Assembly: GCA_036006525.1 (NCBI GenBank)
Contig: DASYPP010000109.1
Location: 29,518 to 93,517 of the forward strand
From: Gemmatimonadales bacterium
GTDB taxonomy: Bacteria > Gemmatimonadota > Gemmatimonadetes > Gemmatimonadales > GWC2-71-9
Reading direction: 5' to 3'
DNA: 64,000 bases
How positions within the stretch are numbered: the stretch's first letter is position 1; every line of letters begins with the position of its first letter. A program made the translations under genes and the position numbers. Under the pieces are notes generated by a model that saw only the letters and a list, made by a program, of their open reading frames with translations, did not search any database and was not told where the DNA came from. Positions 35,433 through 44,290 of this stretch are shown one piece after another.

Positions 35433-35894
35433 GTGCAGAAGATCACCACGTTTCTCTGGTTCGATGGCAATGCCGAACAGGCGGCCGACTTCTACGTCTC
35501 GATCTTCAAGAATTCGAAGGTCTTGAGCACCATGGGTCCCAAGGGCAACGCTATGGGGGTGACGTTCCAGCTCGAGGGGCAGGAGTTCATCGGGCTGAAT
35601 GGCGGACCCAAGTACAAGTTTACGCCGGCGATATCGCTGTTCGTGAGCTGCGAGACCCAGGCCGAAGTGGACGAGCTGTGGGGGAAGCTCTCCGACGGCC
35701 ATTACGAGCAGTGCGGCTGGCTCCAGGACAAATACGGCCTGTCCTGGCAGATCATTCCCACGATCCTGGGCAAGTTGCTCGGGGACAAGGACCGGGTGAA
35801 GGCAGACCGGGCGATGCAGGCGATGCTGCAGATGAAGAAGATCGACATCGCAAAACTGAAGCAGGCGTTCGACGGTGTGATGCCCACGGCATGA
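35433..35894 (+). CDS. VOC/glyoxalase-superfamily protein (PhnB / 3-demethylubiquinone-9 methyltransferase-like domain)
   Basis: MQKITTFLWFDGNAEQAADFYVSIFKNSK...CGWLQDKYGLSWQIIP. Confidence 0.8.
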   Translation: MQKITTFLWFDGNAEQAADFYVSIFKNSKVLSTMGPKGNAMGVTFQLEGQEFIGLNGGPKYKFTPAISLFVSCETQAEVDELWGKLSDGHYEQCGWLQDKYGLSWQIIPTILGKLLGDKDRVKADRAMQAMLQMKKIDIAKLKQAFDGVMPTA

Positions 35895-36565
35895 ACGCGA
35901 CGGAAGCGGTGGCGTGGCTCAAGAGTCACGGTACCCGGCGCACCCGGGAGGGAATGGCGCGATACGCCATTCCCTCCGACCACGCGTTCGGCGTGACGGT
36001 ATCGGACATCCGGGTGCTGGCCAGGCGCATCGGACCCGACCACGGGCTGGCGACCACTATCTGGGATACCGGGTGGTACGAGGCCCGCATGCTTACGGCG
36101 TTCGTCGCCGAACCGGCGCGGGTTACGGCGGCGCAGATGGACCGGTGGGCGAGGGATTTCGACAATTGGGCCATCTGCGATACTTTGTGCTTTCACCTGT
36201 TCGACCGCACGCCGCACGCCTGGGGCAAGGTCGAGCAGTGGAGCCGGCGGCGCGAGGAGTTCGTCAAGCGCGCGGCTTTTGCGACGCTGTGGGGCCTCAC
36301 CGCGCATGACAAGGCCGCCGCCGACGGGCTGTTTGCCCTTGGGCTGCGCCTCATCGAGCGCGAGGCCAGCGACGAGCGCAACTTCGTCAAGAAGGCGGTG
36401 AACATGGCCCTCAGGGCGATCGGCAAACGTAAACCCACGCTTCGAGTTGCTGCCGAGGCCGTGGCCCGGCGCCTGGCCGACTCCCCGGAACCCGCAGCCC
36501 GGTGGGTGGGGAAGGACGCTCTCCGGGAGTTCTCCAGCAAATCCACGAAGGTCCGGGATGCTTGA
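35891..36565 (+). CDS. DNA alkylation repair protein (AlkD-like HEAT-like repeat family)
   Basis: ATG at 35891 with an ATGA overlap. YAIPSDHAFGVTVSDIRVLARRIG...WYEARMLTAF...FDNWAICDTLC...FVKKAVNMALRAIGK. Confidence 0.75.
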   Translation: MNATEAVAWLKSHGTRRTREGMARYAIPSDHAFGVTVSDIRVLARRIGPDHGLATTIWDTGWYEARMLTAFVAEPARVTAAQMDRWARDFDNWAICDTLCFHLFDRTPHAWGKVEQWSRRREEFVKRAAFATLWGLTAHDKAAADGLFALGLRLIEREASDERNFVKKAVNMALRAIGKRKPTLRVAAEAVARRLADSPEPAARWVGKDALREFSSKSTKVRDA

Positions 36566-37541
36566 GGCGGTCCGACCCATCGAATTGGCCGAGGTCCGGG
36601 AGGCGCGCCAGCGGATCGCGGGGACCATCGTCCGCACCCCCCTGGTGCGGCTGGAGCTGGGGCCAGACTACCCGGACATCCGACTCAAGCTGGAGAATCT
36701 GCAGCCGATCAACGCCTACAAGCTGAGGGGCGCCGCCAATGCGGTTGCCATGCTGACCGAGTCGGAACGCAAGCGCGGGGTCTGGACGATCAGCGCCGGC
36801 AACGCCGGACAGGGCGTGGCGTATGCCGCCAGGAAAGCCGGGGTGCCGTGCATGGTCGTGGCGATCGAGACGGCCCCTGCCGCCAAGATCGAGCGGATGA
36901 GAGCACTCGGCGCCAAGCTCATCCTGGTGTCTTTCGAAGTTGCCTGGCAGGCGCTCGAAGCCCGGACATTTCCCGGGGCCGAGGGGACCTTCGTACACCC
37001 GTTCGACGATCACAACTTCATCGCCGGCCACGCGACCATGGGCCTGGAGATTCTGGAGGACGCACCGGACACCGTGGCGGTCATTGCCGGTATCGGCGGC
37101 GGGGGGCTCGTCACCGGGGTGGGTAGCGCCATCAAGGCGCTCAAGCCGGAGGTCAAAGTCTGGGGCGCCGAACCGGAGACCGCCGCTCCGGCTGCGCTTT
37201 CCTTCAGCATGGGGTCGCCGCAGGTGTTTACGGCATGGAAGGCTTCGTTCGTGGACGGCGCCGGTGGGCGAAGCGTTTTCCCCCGGATGTGGGAGCGAAT
37301 GAAGCCAGTGGTCGACGGCTTCATCGTGGTCAGCCTGGAGGAGATTCGAAATGCGATGCGACTCATGGCGGAGAAGGCGCGAGTCATCTCCGAAGGGGCG
37401 GGGGCCCTGCCGCTCGCGGCGGCGTTGACCGGGAAAGCGGGCCCCGGACCCATCGTAGGGATTGTCTCGGGCGGCAACATCGATCTTAAGAAATTCTCGG
37501 AGCTGATCGAAGATCCGATCCTGGAGTCCAAGGTCCCGTAG
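36558..37541 (+). CDS. PLP-dependent threonine/serine dehydratase family enzyme
   Basis: NLQPINAYKLRGAANAV (PLP lysine context), SAGNAGQGVAYAA, GIGGGGL. I moved the start to the ATG at 36558. Confidence 0.85.
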   Translation: MLEAVRPIELAEVREARQRIAGTIVRTPLVRLELGPDYPDIRLKLENLQPINAYKLRGAANAVAMLTESERKRGVWTISAGNAGQGVAYAARKAGVPCMVVAIETAPAAKIERMRALGAKLILVSFEVAWQALEARTFPGAEGTFVHPFDDHNFIAGHATMGLEILEDAPDTVAVIAGIGGGGLVTGVGSAIKALKPEVKVWGAEPETAAPAALSFSMGSPQVFTAWKASFVDGAGGRSVFPRMWERMKPVVDGFIVVSLEEIRNAMRLMAEKARVISEGAGALPLAAALTGKAGPGPIVGIVSGGNIDLKKFSELIEDPILESKVP

Positions 37542-37561
37542 GGACAAGCGCTTAGACGGGT

Positions 37562-37643
37562 GATCCGGGAGGTTAAGGCCCGGATCCCGGACGTTTGGCT
37601 CTTTCTGCGGGTCAGTCCTCACGGCTGGCCCGCTTCCTTTTGC
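37562..37643 (+). terminator. Two consecutive hairpins after the dehydratase gene; the second resembles the tRNA-Asn terminator
   Basis: gatccggg aggttaagg cccggatc (37562-37586). cgggtcag tcctca cggctggccc gcttccttttgc (37608-43) shares cgggtcag, cggctggccc and ttttgc with 34461-34498. Confidence 0.6.
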
Positions 37644-37700
37644 CCAGGTTTCTCTCAGGGTTTCCCCGAATCCACCCACCAGGGAGGTCTCATCTCATCT

Positions 37701-39920
37701 GTGGTCAGCAAACCTGCAGTGGGGCGAGAGAGTTCTTCCACTACGCAGCCGGTCAATGGCAGTGGTGTTGCAAAAAAACCGGTGCGCACGCCGTGGCCAG
37801 ATCGCTGGCTCCTGGACGCTTTCCGGGCTCTCAAACATCCCGTGGTCGAGAAGCTCACCGGGTCCAAGGCGGATTGCGCGTGGGACGCACTGGAAGCTGC
37901 CGGTGCCAGCCCTGAGGAAGTGCTCGACCTTGCTTGCGCCGTTTCCAGCCGGCCCGCCGCCGATCTTTCTGAATCGGGCCCTGACCGGGCGGACCTGCTC
38001 GATGGCGCGGTCGCGATTCGGTATGAGGCGGTGCCGGTCCGAGTGGTCGATGGCCGGCTCGAGGTGGCCTGTGCCAATCCGCTCCATCCTTCCCTCGAAG
38101 CCGACCTGGAGTTCGCTACCGGGCGGCGCGTGGTGCTGAGCGTCGCCAGTCCCGCGGCCATTCGCCGAGCCCGGGAGCTTGTGTTTGGCCAGCGAACCGC
38201 TGCGCCAACCGATCAGCGTTTCTCATGGGTGCTCGCGGCCCCCTCGACTCGCAATGAGGTCATCGTCCCGGTTCGCGGCAAGGCGGTGGAAACCCTCGAC
38301 CAGGTCGTCATGAATGCGGTGAGCACCGGGGCGAGCGACATTCACTTCGAGCCGACTGAGCGCGGCCTGCTGGTGCGATGCAGGGTTGACGGCATCCTTC
38401 ACGACGTGGCCCAGCTTTCCACCGATGTTGCGGCCCATCTCATCAGCCGCCTCAAGGTGATGGCGAACCTGGACATCGCAAACCGCAAGAAGCCGCAGGA
38501 CGGCAGCGCCTCGGTCATTTTTGATGGCCGGCCCATCGACCTCCGGGTATCGACGCTGCCCCTGGGTTCCCATGGGGAGAAGGCGGTCATCCGAATCCTG
38601 GATCCGCGGAACGCGATCTCAGACTTCAGCAAGTTGGGCTATGGTCCCGGAGAGACCCATCGCTTCGAGAAACTGCTGGCCTCACCCGAGGGCCTGGTGC
38701 TGGTGACCGGGCCAACCGGCTCCGGGAAGACGACAACCCTTTACTCGGGCCTCCGTTACGTCCAGTCGCAGCAGAAGAACATTGTGACTGTCGAAGACCC
38801 TATCGAGTACCGTATCGAGGGAGTCAACCAGGTCCAGGTCCACGATCGGTCCGGACTCACCTTCGCGGCGGCATTGCGCTCCATTCTGCGTCAAGACCCT
38901 GACGTCGTTCTGGTGGGGGAAATTCGGGATCGCGAAACCGCCGAAATCGCGCTGAAGGCCGGGATGACCGGTCACCTCGTGCTGTCCACGCTGCACACCA
39001 ACGACGCCGTGTCCACGATAACCCGTCTGGTGGAAATGGGGGTGGATCGGGCGTCCCTGAGCGGCGCGCTCAAGGGAATCGTGGCGCAACGACTGGTCCG
39101 GCGACTTTGCATCCAATGTTCCCAGCCGGTGACGCTGGCCGAATTGCCGGTCGACCATCAGCAGCTGCTCATGGGGTGTTCGGTTGAGAAACTTCGGAAG
39201 TCGGTCGGGTGTGCCGAATGTCTCAACACCGGCTACCGCGGTCGAATCGCCCTGGCCGAGGTGCTGACGGTGAACGAGGAGGTGGCGCGGGCGATAGCCC
39301 AGGACCAGTCGATTGAGCAGGTCGTCGAGGCGGCGAAACGCGCCGGGATGCGCTCATTGTGGGAATCAGGTCTGGAGCGGGTCACCGCGGGCACGACCAC
39401 CATCCATGAATTGATCGACAACGTGGCGTCGCCGACGGTGAAGGCGGCGGAGTCGCAATCAACGGTCGACGAGATCCTTGCCCGGCTCAAAGGTCCACAG
39501 GCGACCCCGGTCGCGCCCTTTTCCAGAGCGGCGCCGCCGCCCCCGCGGGCCCGAGCGACGGGCCTCCGCCTGCTGCTGGTGGATGATGACCGTGGGGACC
39601 GCCGTACGGCGAAGGAAGAGCTGGAGCGGGCCGGGTACACCGTCATCGAGGCTGCGGACGGCGAGGCTGCCGTGGCGTATGCCAGGCGGCTCAAGCCGGA
39701 TGCCGTCGTCACCGACGTCGCCTTACCGAAGCTGGATGCCGTGGGCCTGTTGCAGGCCCTCCAGGGTCCCGGGTCCCCGCCGGTCCTGGTGTACACCCGG
39801 CAGACCGACGAGGTCATGCTGGACTGGCTTCGAGAACTCGGCGCTTCCGATGTCCTAAGCAAGGTGGGCGAATCCGAAACGTTGATCGCCAGCCTCCGGG
39901 CCCGCCTGGGCCCGGCATGA
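37701..39920 (+). CDS. GspE/PilB-type secretion/pilus ATPase fused to a C-terminal response-regulator receiver domain
   Basis: T2SSE_N-like N-terminal domain. Walker A GPTGSGKTTT, ILRQDPDVVLVGEIRD, TGHLVLSTLHTND, and Cys cluster CIQCSQP...CAECLNTGYRGR. C-terminal REC domain: LLLVDDDRGD...AVVTDVALP...VLVYT...LSKV. The start is uncertain (GTG at 37701 or 37719). The track start at 37560 lies within terminator hairpins. Confidence 0.85.
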   Translation: MVSKPAVGRESSSTTQPVNGSGVAKKPVRTPWPDRWLLDAFRALKHPVVEKLTGSKADCAWDALEAAGASPEEVLDLACAVSSRPAADLSESGPDRADLLDGAVAIRYEAVPVRVVDGRLEVACANPLHPSLEADLEFATGRRVVLSVASPAAIRRARELVFGQRTAAPTDQRFSWVLAAPSTRNEVIVPVRGKAVETLDQVVMNAVSTGASDIHFEPTERGLLVRCRVDGILHDVAQLSTDVAAHLISRLKVMANLDIANRKKPQDGSASVIFDGRPIDLRVSTLPLGSHGEKAVIRILDPRNAISDFSKLGYGPGETHRFEKLLASPEGLVLVTGPTGSGKTTTLYSGLRYVQSQQKNIVTVEDPIEYRIEGVNQVQVHDRSGLTFAAALRSILRQDPDVVLVGEIRDRETAEIALKAGMTGHLVLSTLHTNDAVSTITRLVEMGVDRASLSGALKGIVAQRLVRRLCIQCSQPVTLAELPVDHQQLLMGCSVEKLRKSVGCAECLNTGYRGRIALAEVLTVNEEVARAIAQDQSIEQVVEAAKRAGMRSLWESGLERVTAGTTTIHELIDNVASPTVKAAESQSTVDEILARLKGPQATPVAPFSRAAPPPPRARATGLRLLLVDDDRGDRRTAKEELERAGYTVIEAADGEAAVAYARRLKPDAVVTDVALPKLDAVGLLQALQGPGSPPVLVYTRQTDEVMLDWLRELGASDVLSKVGESETLIASLRARLGPA

Positions 39921-40056
39921 ATACATCCAACTCCTCACGTCTCTCGTAGGTAGCGAGCAGGTCTCTCCAGGGCCCTCCGGTGGACTCTTTCGGTTCGCAG
40001 TCCCCGGACATATTATCCGGCATTCCGGTAAGGTCTCGACTCCCTAGAGGTGCGTC

Positions 40057-40494
40057 ATGTCCGCCCAATCATCGCGGCGCGAATTCGTTTTTTTCTGCTC
40101 CGGAACGATCCTCGCCCTGGCGACCGGAGTCCGGCGTCGCACCCCGCAGCCTGCTTCGTGTCATCATCACATTCGGCACGTCACCCACCCGGAGCCGCGG
40201 CCCGGGATCACCGCTGCCAGGGTCCTGCCCAAGGAAAAGCTGACCGATCACCCGGACGCCATTACCGCGTTCGAGCAGGTGCGCCAGATCCCCCAGATCG
40301 TGGACGGTATCGGCTGTCACTGCGGCTGTGCTACCCGGGCCGGCTTCTACTCCCTGCTCAGCTGTTACGAGGGAGAGGGCATGGCCATGATGTGCGAGGT
40401 CTGCCAGGGCCAGGGCCGGCTCGCGTTCCGCCTGCACCAGGCCGGGAAAACGCTGGACCAGATCCGGGCGGGGATTGATGCCCGGTACGGATAA
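40057..40494 (+). CDS. Cys-rich exported protein with a Tat-like signal (resembles the PCYCGC-motif family)
   Basis: MSAQSSRREFVFF... is a twin-arginine-like signal. DGIGCHCGCATRAGFYSLLSCYEGEG..MMCEVCQGQG. Confidence 0.55.
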   Translation: MSAQSSRREFVFFCSGTILALATGVRRRTPQPASCHHHIRHVTHPEPRPGITAARVLPKEKLTDHPDAITAFEQVRQIPQIVDGIGCHCGCATRAGFYSLLSCYEGEGMAMMCEVCQGQGRLAFRLHQAGKTLDQIRAGIDARYG

Positions 40495-40535
40495 GTTACC
40501 CATCGCCGTTCACCTATAAACGCTACAGGAGTTCT

Positions 40536-41486
40536 ATGGCTTCCAGGGTTTTTCCCGTCATGGCGGGAATGATCGGTGTTGCTCTCGCCGCCGCTGCCGC
40601 GCCGCTCGAGGGCCAGATCCGCGCCAGCGAACGGGGCCAGGTCGCCCAGACTGTCGACGGCACGACGATCAAGCTGGATTATGCGCGACCGCGGGCCCGG
40701 GGGCGGGACAGTGTCTTCGGTGGAGAAGTGAAATGGGGAGAAGTGTGGACCCCAGGCGCGAACTACGCGACCACGCTTGAGCTGGATAGGGACGTGCAGA
40801 TCAACGGCCACGCGGTACCCAAGGGGAAATACTCAGTCTGGATGACGGTGCGTGCCGACAGCGACTGGACCGTCATGTTCGACACCACCGCGAAACTGTA
40901 CCACACCGAGCGCCCGGCCGAACATCCGTGGCAGATCCGTATTACGGCTCATCCAGAACACCGCGCCCCGATCGACGTATTGACCTGGTGGTTCCCCGAG
41001 GTTCGCCCGGACGGTGCCATCATGGCGATGCAATGGGGGGACCGGTACGTACCGCTCAATGTGACGGTGACGCCGTCGCATCCCATCACGGTCGCCGCCG
41101 ACCTGGCCCGCCAGTATGTCGGCAAGTACGATTTCGCGTGGGTGGAAGAGGACTCCGCGAAGGGCAGCTCGGACAGCACGGGCCAATCCGCAACCGCTGA
41201 CAGTGGTGCCGCGAAGGCGCCGCCGCCGACGACGTTCACCGTTGTCTATGAAAGAGGGTCGCTATGGGGGATGTGGGACCCGGCGCCGTGGCCCGGGATG
41301 GAGAAGGTCCTGCTCATCAGGGCGGGTGATGATCTGTTCTTCCCGACGGTGATGAAAGACGGCCAGATCTATGATTCCATGGCCGACATGGCCGTTGAGT
41401 TCCAGGTCGCCAACGGCCGCGCCAGCGGATTCGAGGTACGAATCGACACCGATGAGATGATCGCGAAGGCGACCCGGAAACCCTAG
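40536..41486 (+). CDS. DUF2911-like secreted protein
   Basis: Signal peptide, then IKLDYARPRARGRDSVFGGEVKWGEVWTPGANYATTLELDRDVQINGHAVPKGKYSVWM, which is a DUF2911-type pattern recalled from memory. Confidence 0.6.
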   Translation: MASRVFPVMAGMIGVALAAAAAPLEGQIRASERGQVAQTVDGTTIKLDYARPRARGRDSVFGGEVKWGEVWTPGANYATTLELDRDVQINGHAVPKGKYSVWMTVRADSDWTVMFDTTAKLYHTERPAEHPWQIRITAHPEHRAPIDVLTWWFPEVRPDGAIMAMQWGDRYVPLNVTVTPSHPITVAADLARQYVGKYDFAWVEEDSAKGSSDSTGQSATADSGAAKAPPPTTFTVVYERGSLWGMWDPAPWPGMEKVLLIRAGDDLFFPTVMKDGQIYDSMADMAVEFQVANGRASGFEVRIDTDEMIAKATRKP

Positions 41487-41499
41487 ACGCTAGCGCGGT

Positions 41500-42273
41500 T
41501 CAGTGTTGAGTTGAAAACCGGTCCAGGACTTCGCGCTCACCGGCGGTGAGGCTGGCGATGCCCTTGGCGCTGATCTTGTCCAGGATTCGGTCCACTTCCT
41601 CCCGATTCACTTCGTGCATCTTGTCACGACGGATCGAGGACCATCGCTGCAGGTCGGCAGTCCCGCCGGACATCCGCGGCTTCTGAGGAAGCGGCGTGGC
41701 GCGGGCCCGGAAGCTCCGGGCCGGGGACCGGAGCTGGATCCACTTCAGATAGAGATATCCGCCCAGGAACCCGCCCAGGTGGGCGAAGTGGGCGATGCCG
41801 TCGCCCTGACCGATCGCTGAAATGGCGGGCAGCAGGTTCATCACCGTCATGATCGCGATGAGCACAAAGGCGGGAACCGGCAGAACAAACCAGAGGAGGA
41901 TCTGGTCGCGGGGCCAGAAGATGGCGTACGCCAGCATGACGCCAAAAATGGCCCCGGACGCGCCGATGATGGGGACATGAGGAGAAAAGAGCGAGAGGAC
42001 GCCTCCCATGATGCCGCTGGCGAAATAGAGTCCCAGGAAATGACGGTCACCCAGCCGGCTTTCCACCCGGGGGCCGAAGAAAAACAGTGCCAGCATGTTC
42101 CAGAACAGATGTCCGGGGCTGCCGTGGATAAACATCGAAGTGACGGCGGTCCAGGGCCGGACCAGGAGCTCCGCCGGAACCAGCCACAACTGGTAGACTA
42201 TCCGGGGACTCAGCTCGGACAGGAAATACATCACCACGTTGGCGACGATCAGGCGGAGGGTCCAGCGCGTCAT
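41500..42273 (-). CDS. Rhomboid-family intramembrane serine protease with a C-terminal soluble extension
   Basis: I moved the start to the ATG at 42273. FIHGSPGHLFWNM, GASGAIFGV (catalytic Ser), HFAHLGGFLGG (catalytic His). The tail is EEVDRILDKISAKGIASLTAGEREVLDRF. Confidence 0.85.
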   Translation of the reverse strand: MTRWTLRLIVANVVMYFLSELSPRIVYQLWLVPAELLVRPWTAVTSMFIHGSPGHLFWNMLALFFFGPRVESRLGDRHFLGLYFASGIMGGVLSLFSPHVPIIGASGAIFGVMLAYAIFWPRDQILLWFVLPVPAFVLIAIMTVMNLLPAISAIGQGDGIAHFAHLGGFLGGYLYLKWIQLRSPARSFRARATPLPQKPRMSGGTADLQRWSSIRRDKMHEVNREEVDRILDKISAKGIASLTAGEREVLDRFSTQH

Positions 42274-42428
42274 GGGGAGAAGGCTAGAAGGGAACCGATA
42301 CGGGCGCCAGTGGGAGGAGGCAGAGGGCGCGGAGCACTGCACACCACTGAGAAGCCGAGTTTCGCTGAGGCCAGCAACTGCCTAACGCAAGGGTGCAAGA
42401 AGCAAAGTAGAACGATCATTAATTGCTG

Positions 42429-43328
42429 CTACCTTCTCCTCAGTTCTTCGAGTTCCTCAAGTGACCTCGGCCAATCCTCTCTCAGCAGGCGGGACAGGCT
42501 GCGATCGGCCAGCAGCCGGCCGCCGGTCTGGCAGGTGGGGCAGTAGTTGGTCTCGTTGCTGGCGTAGCGGATCCGCTGCACCGGCGACGCGCAAACCGGA
42601 CAGGGTTGGCCGAAACGGCCGTGCACGGCCATGCCCTCCCGGAAAGCGGTCACTTTTACGGGGAAACCGTCGCCGGTTTCTCGCCGCAACCGGTCGATCC
42701 ATTCGGCGAGTACTTCGCGGGTCGCCTGGTGCAGGGTCGCGACTTCCCTATCGGTCAACTGCCGAGTGAGACGGACCGGGGACAGGCGGGCCCGGTGGAG
42801 AATCTCGTCGGAGTAGGCGTTGCCGATCCCGCTGAACAGTCGGGGGTCGGTGAGCGCTCGCTTGAGGGTGTGGCTTTCCCGCTTCAGCGCCTCCGTGAAT
42901 TCGGCCAGCGAACTCTCCATGACCTCCAGCCCTCCCCGGGCGTGGCTCGCCAGTCCTTCCTTCCCTCGCACCAGGTAAATCGAGGCGCGCCGCTTCGCGC
43001 CGGCTTCGGTGAGGACCAGGGTGCCGGTGGCGAAATCGAACGCTGCGAGTCCTACCTTCCGGGGAACCGGGGCAGCCGGCCCCAGCCACTTGAGTCTTCC
43101 CGCGATCATCAGATGGAGCACCAGGTAGAAATCCCCTTCGAACCGGAAGACGATGCGCTTGCCCATCCGCTCCAGCCCGGTGACCCGGCGGCCGGTCAAA
43201 TCCGAAGCCGGGGGATGCACTGAACGAAGTACGAACGGGCTGGTGATCCGGAGGCCGATCAGCGGCTGGTTGAGCACCCGGGGAGCCAGCGCTTCGATAT
43301 AGACGGTGATATCGGGAAGCTCAGGCAT
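42429..43328 (-). CDS. Fpg/Nei-family DNA glycosylase/AP lyase
   Basis: I moved the start to the ATG at 43328. MPELPDITVY (N-terminal Pro, Glu), H2TH region, C-terminal zinc finger CPVCASPV...YCPTCQ. Confidence 0.85.
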   Translation of the reverse strand: MPELPDITVYIEALAPRVLNQPLIGLRITSPFVLRSVHPPASDLTGRRVTGLERMGKRIVFRFEGDFYLVLHLMIAGRLKWLGPAAPVPRKVGLAAFDFATGTLVLTEAGAKRRASIYLVRGKEGLASHARGGLEVMESSLAEFTEALKRESHTLKRALTDPRLFSGIGNAYSDEILHRARLSPVRLTRQLTDREVATLHQATREVLAEWIDRLRRETGDGFPVKVTAFREGMAVHGRFGQPCPVCASPVQRIRYASNETNYCPTCQTGGRLLADRSLSRLLREDWPRSLEELEELRRR

Positions 43329-44166
43329 CGGTGGCCAGCCTTCCGTTCCGCCTGGCGTCAAGCGCCAGCAGCACGCCGGAGAGAACCACCAGGCCCGCGC
43401 CGGCCAGCTGGAGGATCCCGGAGTGCTCGCCGAAGATCGGAATTGCGAGCATGTGGGTGAACACGATGCTGAGATAGGTGAGGACGCTCAAGGGGGCCGC
43501 GCCACTGCTGAAGGCATATGAGCGGGTCATGGCGATCTGGCCGATACCGCCGGTCAGTCCGGTCCCTACCAGGAAGAGCGCGGCCTCCGGGTTGGGCGTG
43601 ACCCATACCGGGATCGAGATCGCAAAATTGGTGAGGGCGGCGACCACGGAAAAGTGGAGGACGATCGCTTCGCTGCTCTCGCTGGGCCCGATTTTCCTGA
43701 GCCAGATCATCGCGAGCGCATAGAAGAACGCGCTCGACGTCGCCATGAGCGCCACCGGAGCCGCGCTCTGAAACGTGGGTCGGACCACGCCGACAACCCC
43801 GATGAAGGCCAGCAGCACGACGATGCCGAGATGGCGGCCGACCCGTTCGCCGAGCAGGGGCCGGGAGAGCAGGGCGACGAAGATGGGCCCGGTGGCGCCC
43901 AAGGTGATGGCGTCCCCCAGCGGGATTCGCGGCGACGTGACACTGTAGAAGAACCCGATCGAGGCCAGGGTTCCGAAGATGGAGCGGAGCCAGGTGTTTT
44001 TCCGGTCAGTCGCCTTGAGCGAGGCTCCGTTGGCTCTCGCGACCAGGAGGACAACGATGGCCCCGAAGAGAAAGCGCGCCCCGGCCACCTCGCTCCAGGG
44101 GACGTCCTCGCCGGCCAGCCGGCTGAAAATGTTCATGGCCGTGAACATGAGCTGGGCCAGGACCAT
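43321..44166 (-). CDS. EamA/DMT-family transporter
   Basis: A polytopic protein of about 10 TM helices with two EamA-like halves. The N-terminus may start further upstream with a non-canonical codon. Confidence 0.75.
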   Translation of the reverse strand: MVLAQLMFTAMNIFSRLAGEDVPWSEVAGARFLFGAIVVLLVARANGASLKATDRKNTWLRSIFGTLASIGFFYSVTSPRIPLGDAITLGATGPIFVALLSRPLLGERVGRHLGIVVLLAFIGVVGVVRPTFQSAAPVALMATSSAFFYALAMIWLRKIGPSESSEAIVLHFSVVAALTNFAISIPVWVTPNPEAALFLVGTGLTGGIGQIAMTRSYAFSSGAAPLSVLTYLSIVFTHMLAIPIFGEHSGILQLAGAGLVVLSGVLLALDARRNGRLATDA

Positions 44167-44209
44167 CCAGGCGATTGCCGGGGCGAGGAACCGGGGCAGG
44201 GGAGAAGAA

Positions 44210-44241
44210 GTCAGGGGGTCAGGGATTCGGGTCGGCAGGGA
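44210..44241. repeat. Degenerate 8-mer array (GTCAGGGR-like x4), weak
   Basis: gtcagggg gtcaggga ttcgggtc ggcaggga, in the divergent eamA/alkA-like intergenic region. It is followed by the inverted repeat gataat-N10-attatc (44243-44264). Confidence 0.4.
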
Positions 44242-44290
44242 AGATAATGCCCACCGGGATTATCATTCGGTCCCTTTCATTCCCAGCGCC

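Noticed and set aside
37560-37700. The ORF-track start (37560) of the GspE-REC gene
   Set aside because: That segment contains two terminator-like hairpins following the dehydratase gene, and it encodes no conserved sequence. An in-frame GTG at 37701 or 37719 is more likely.
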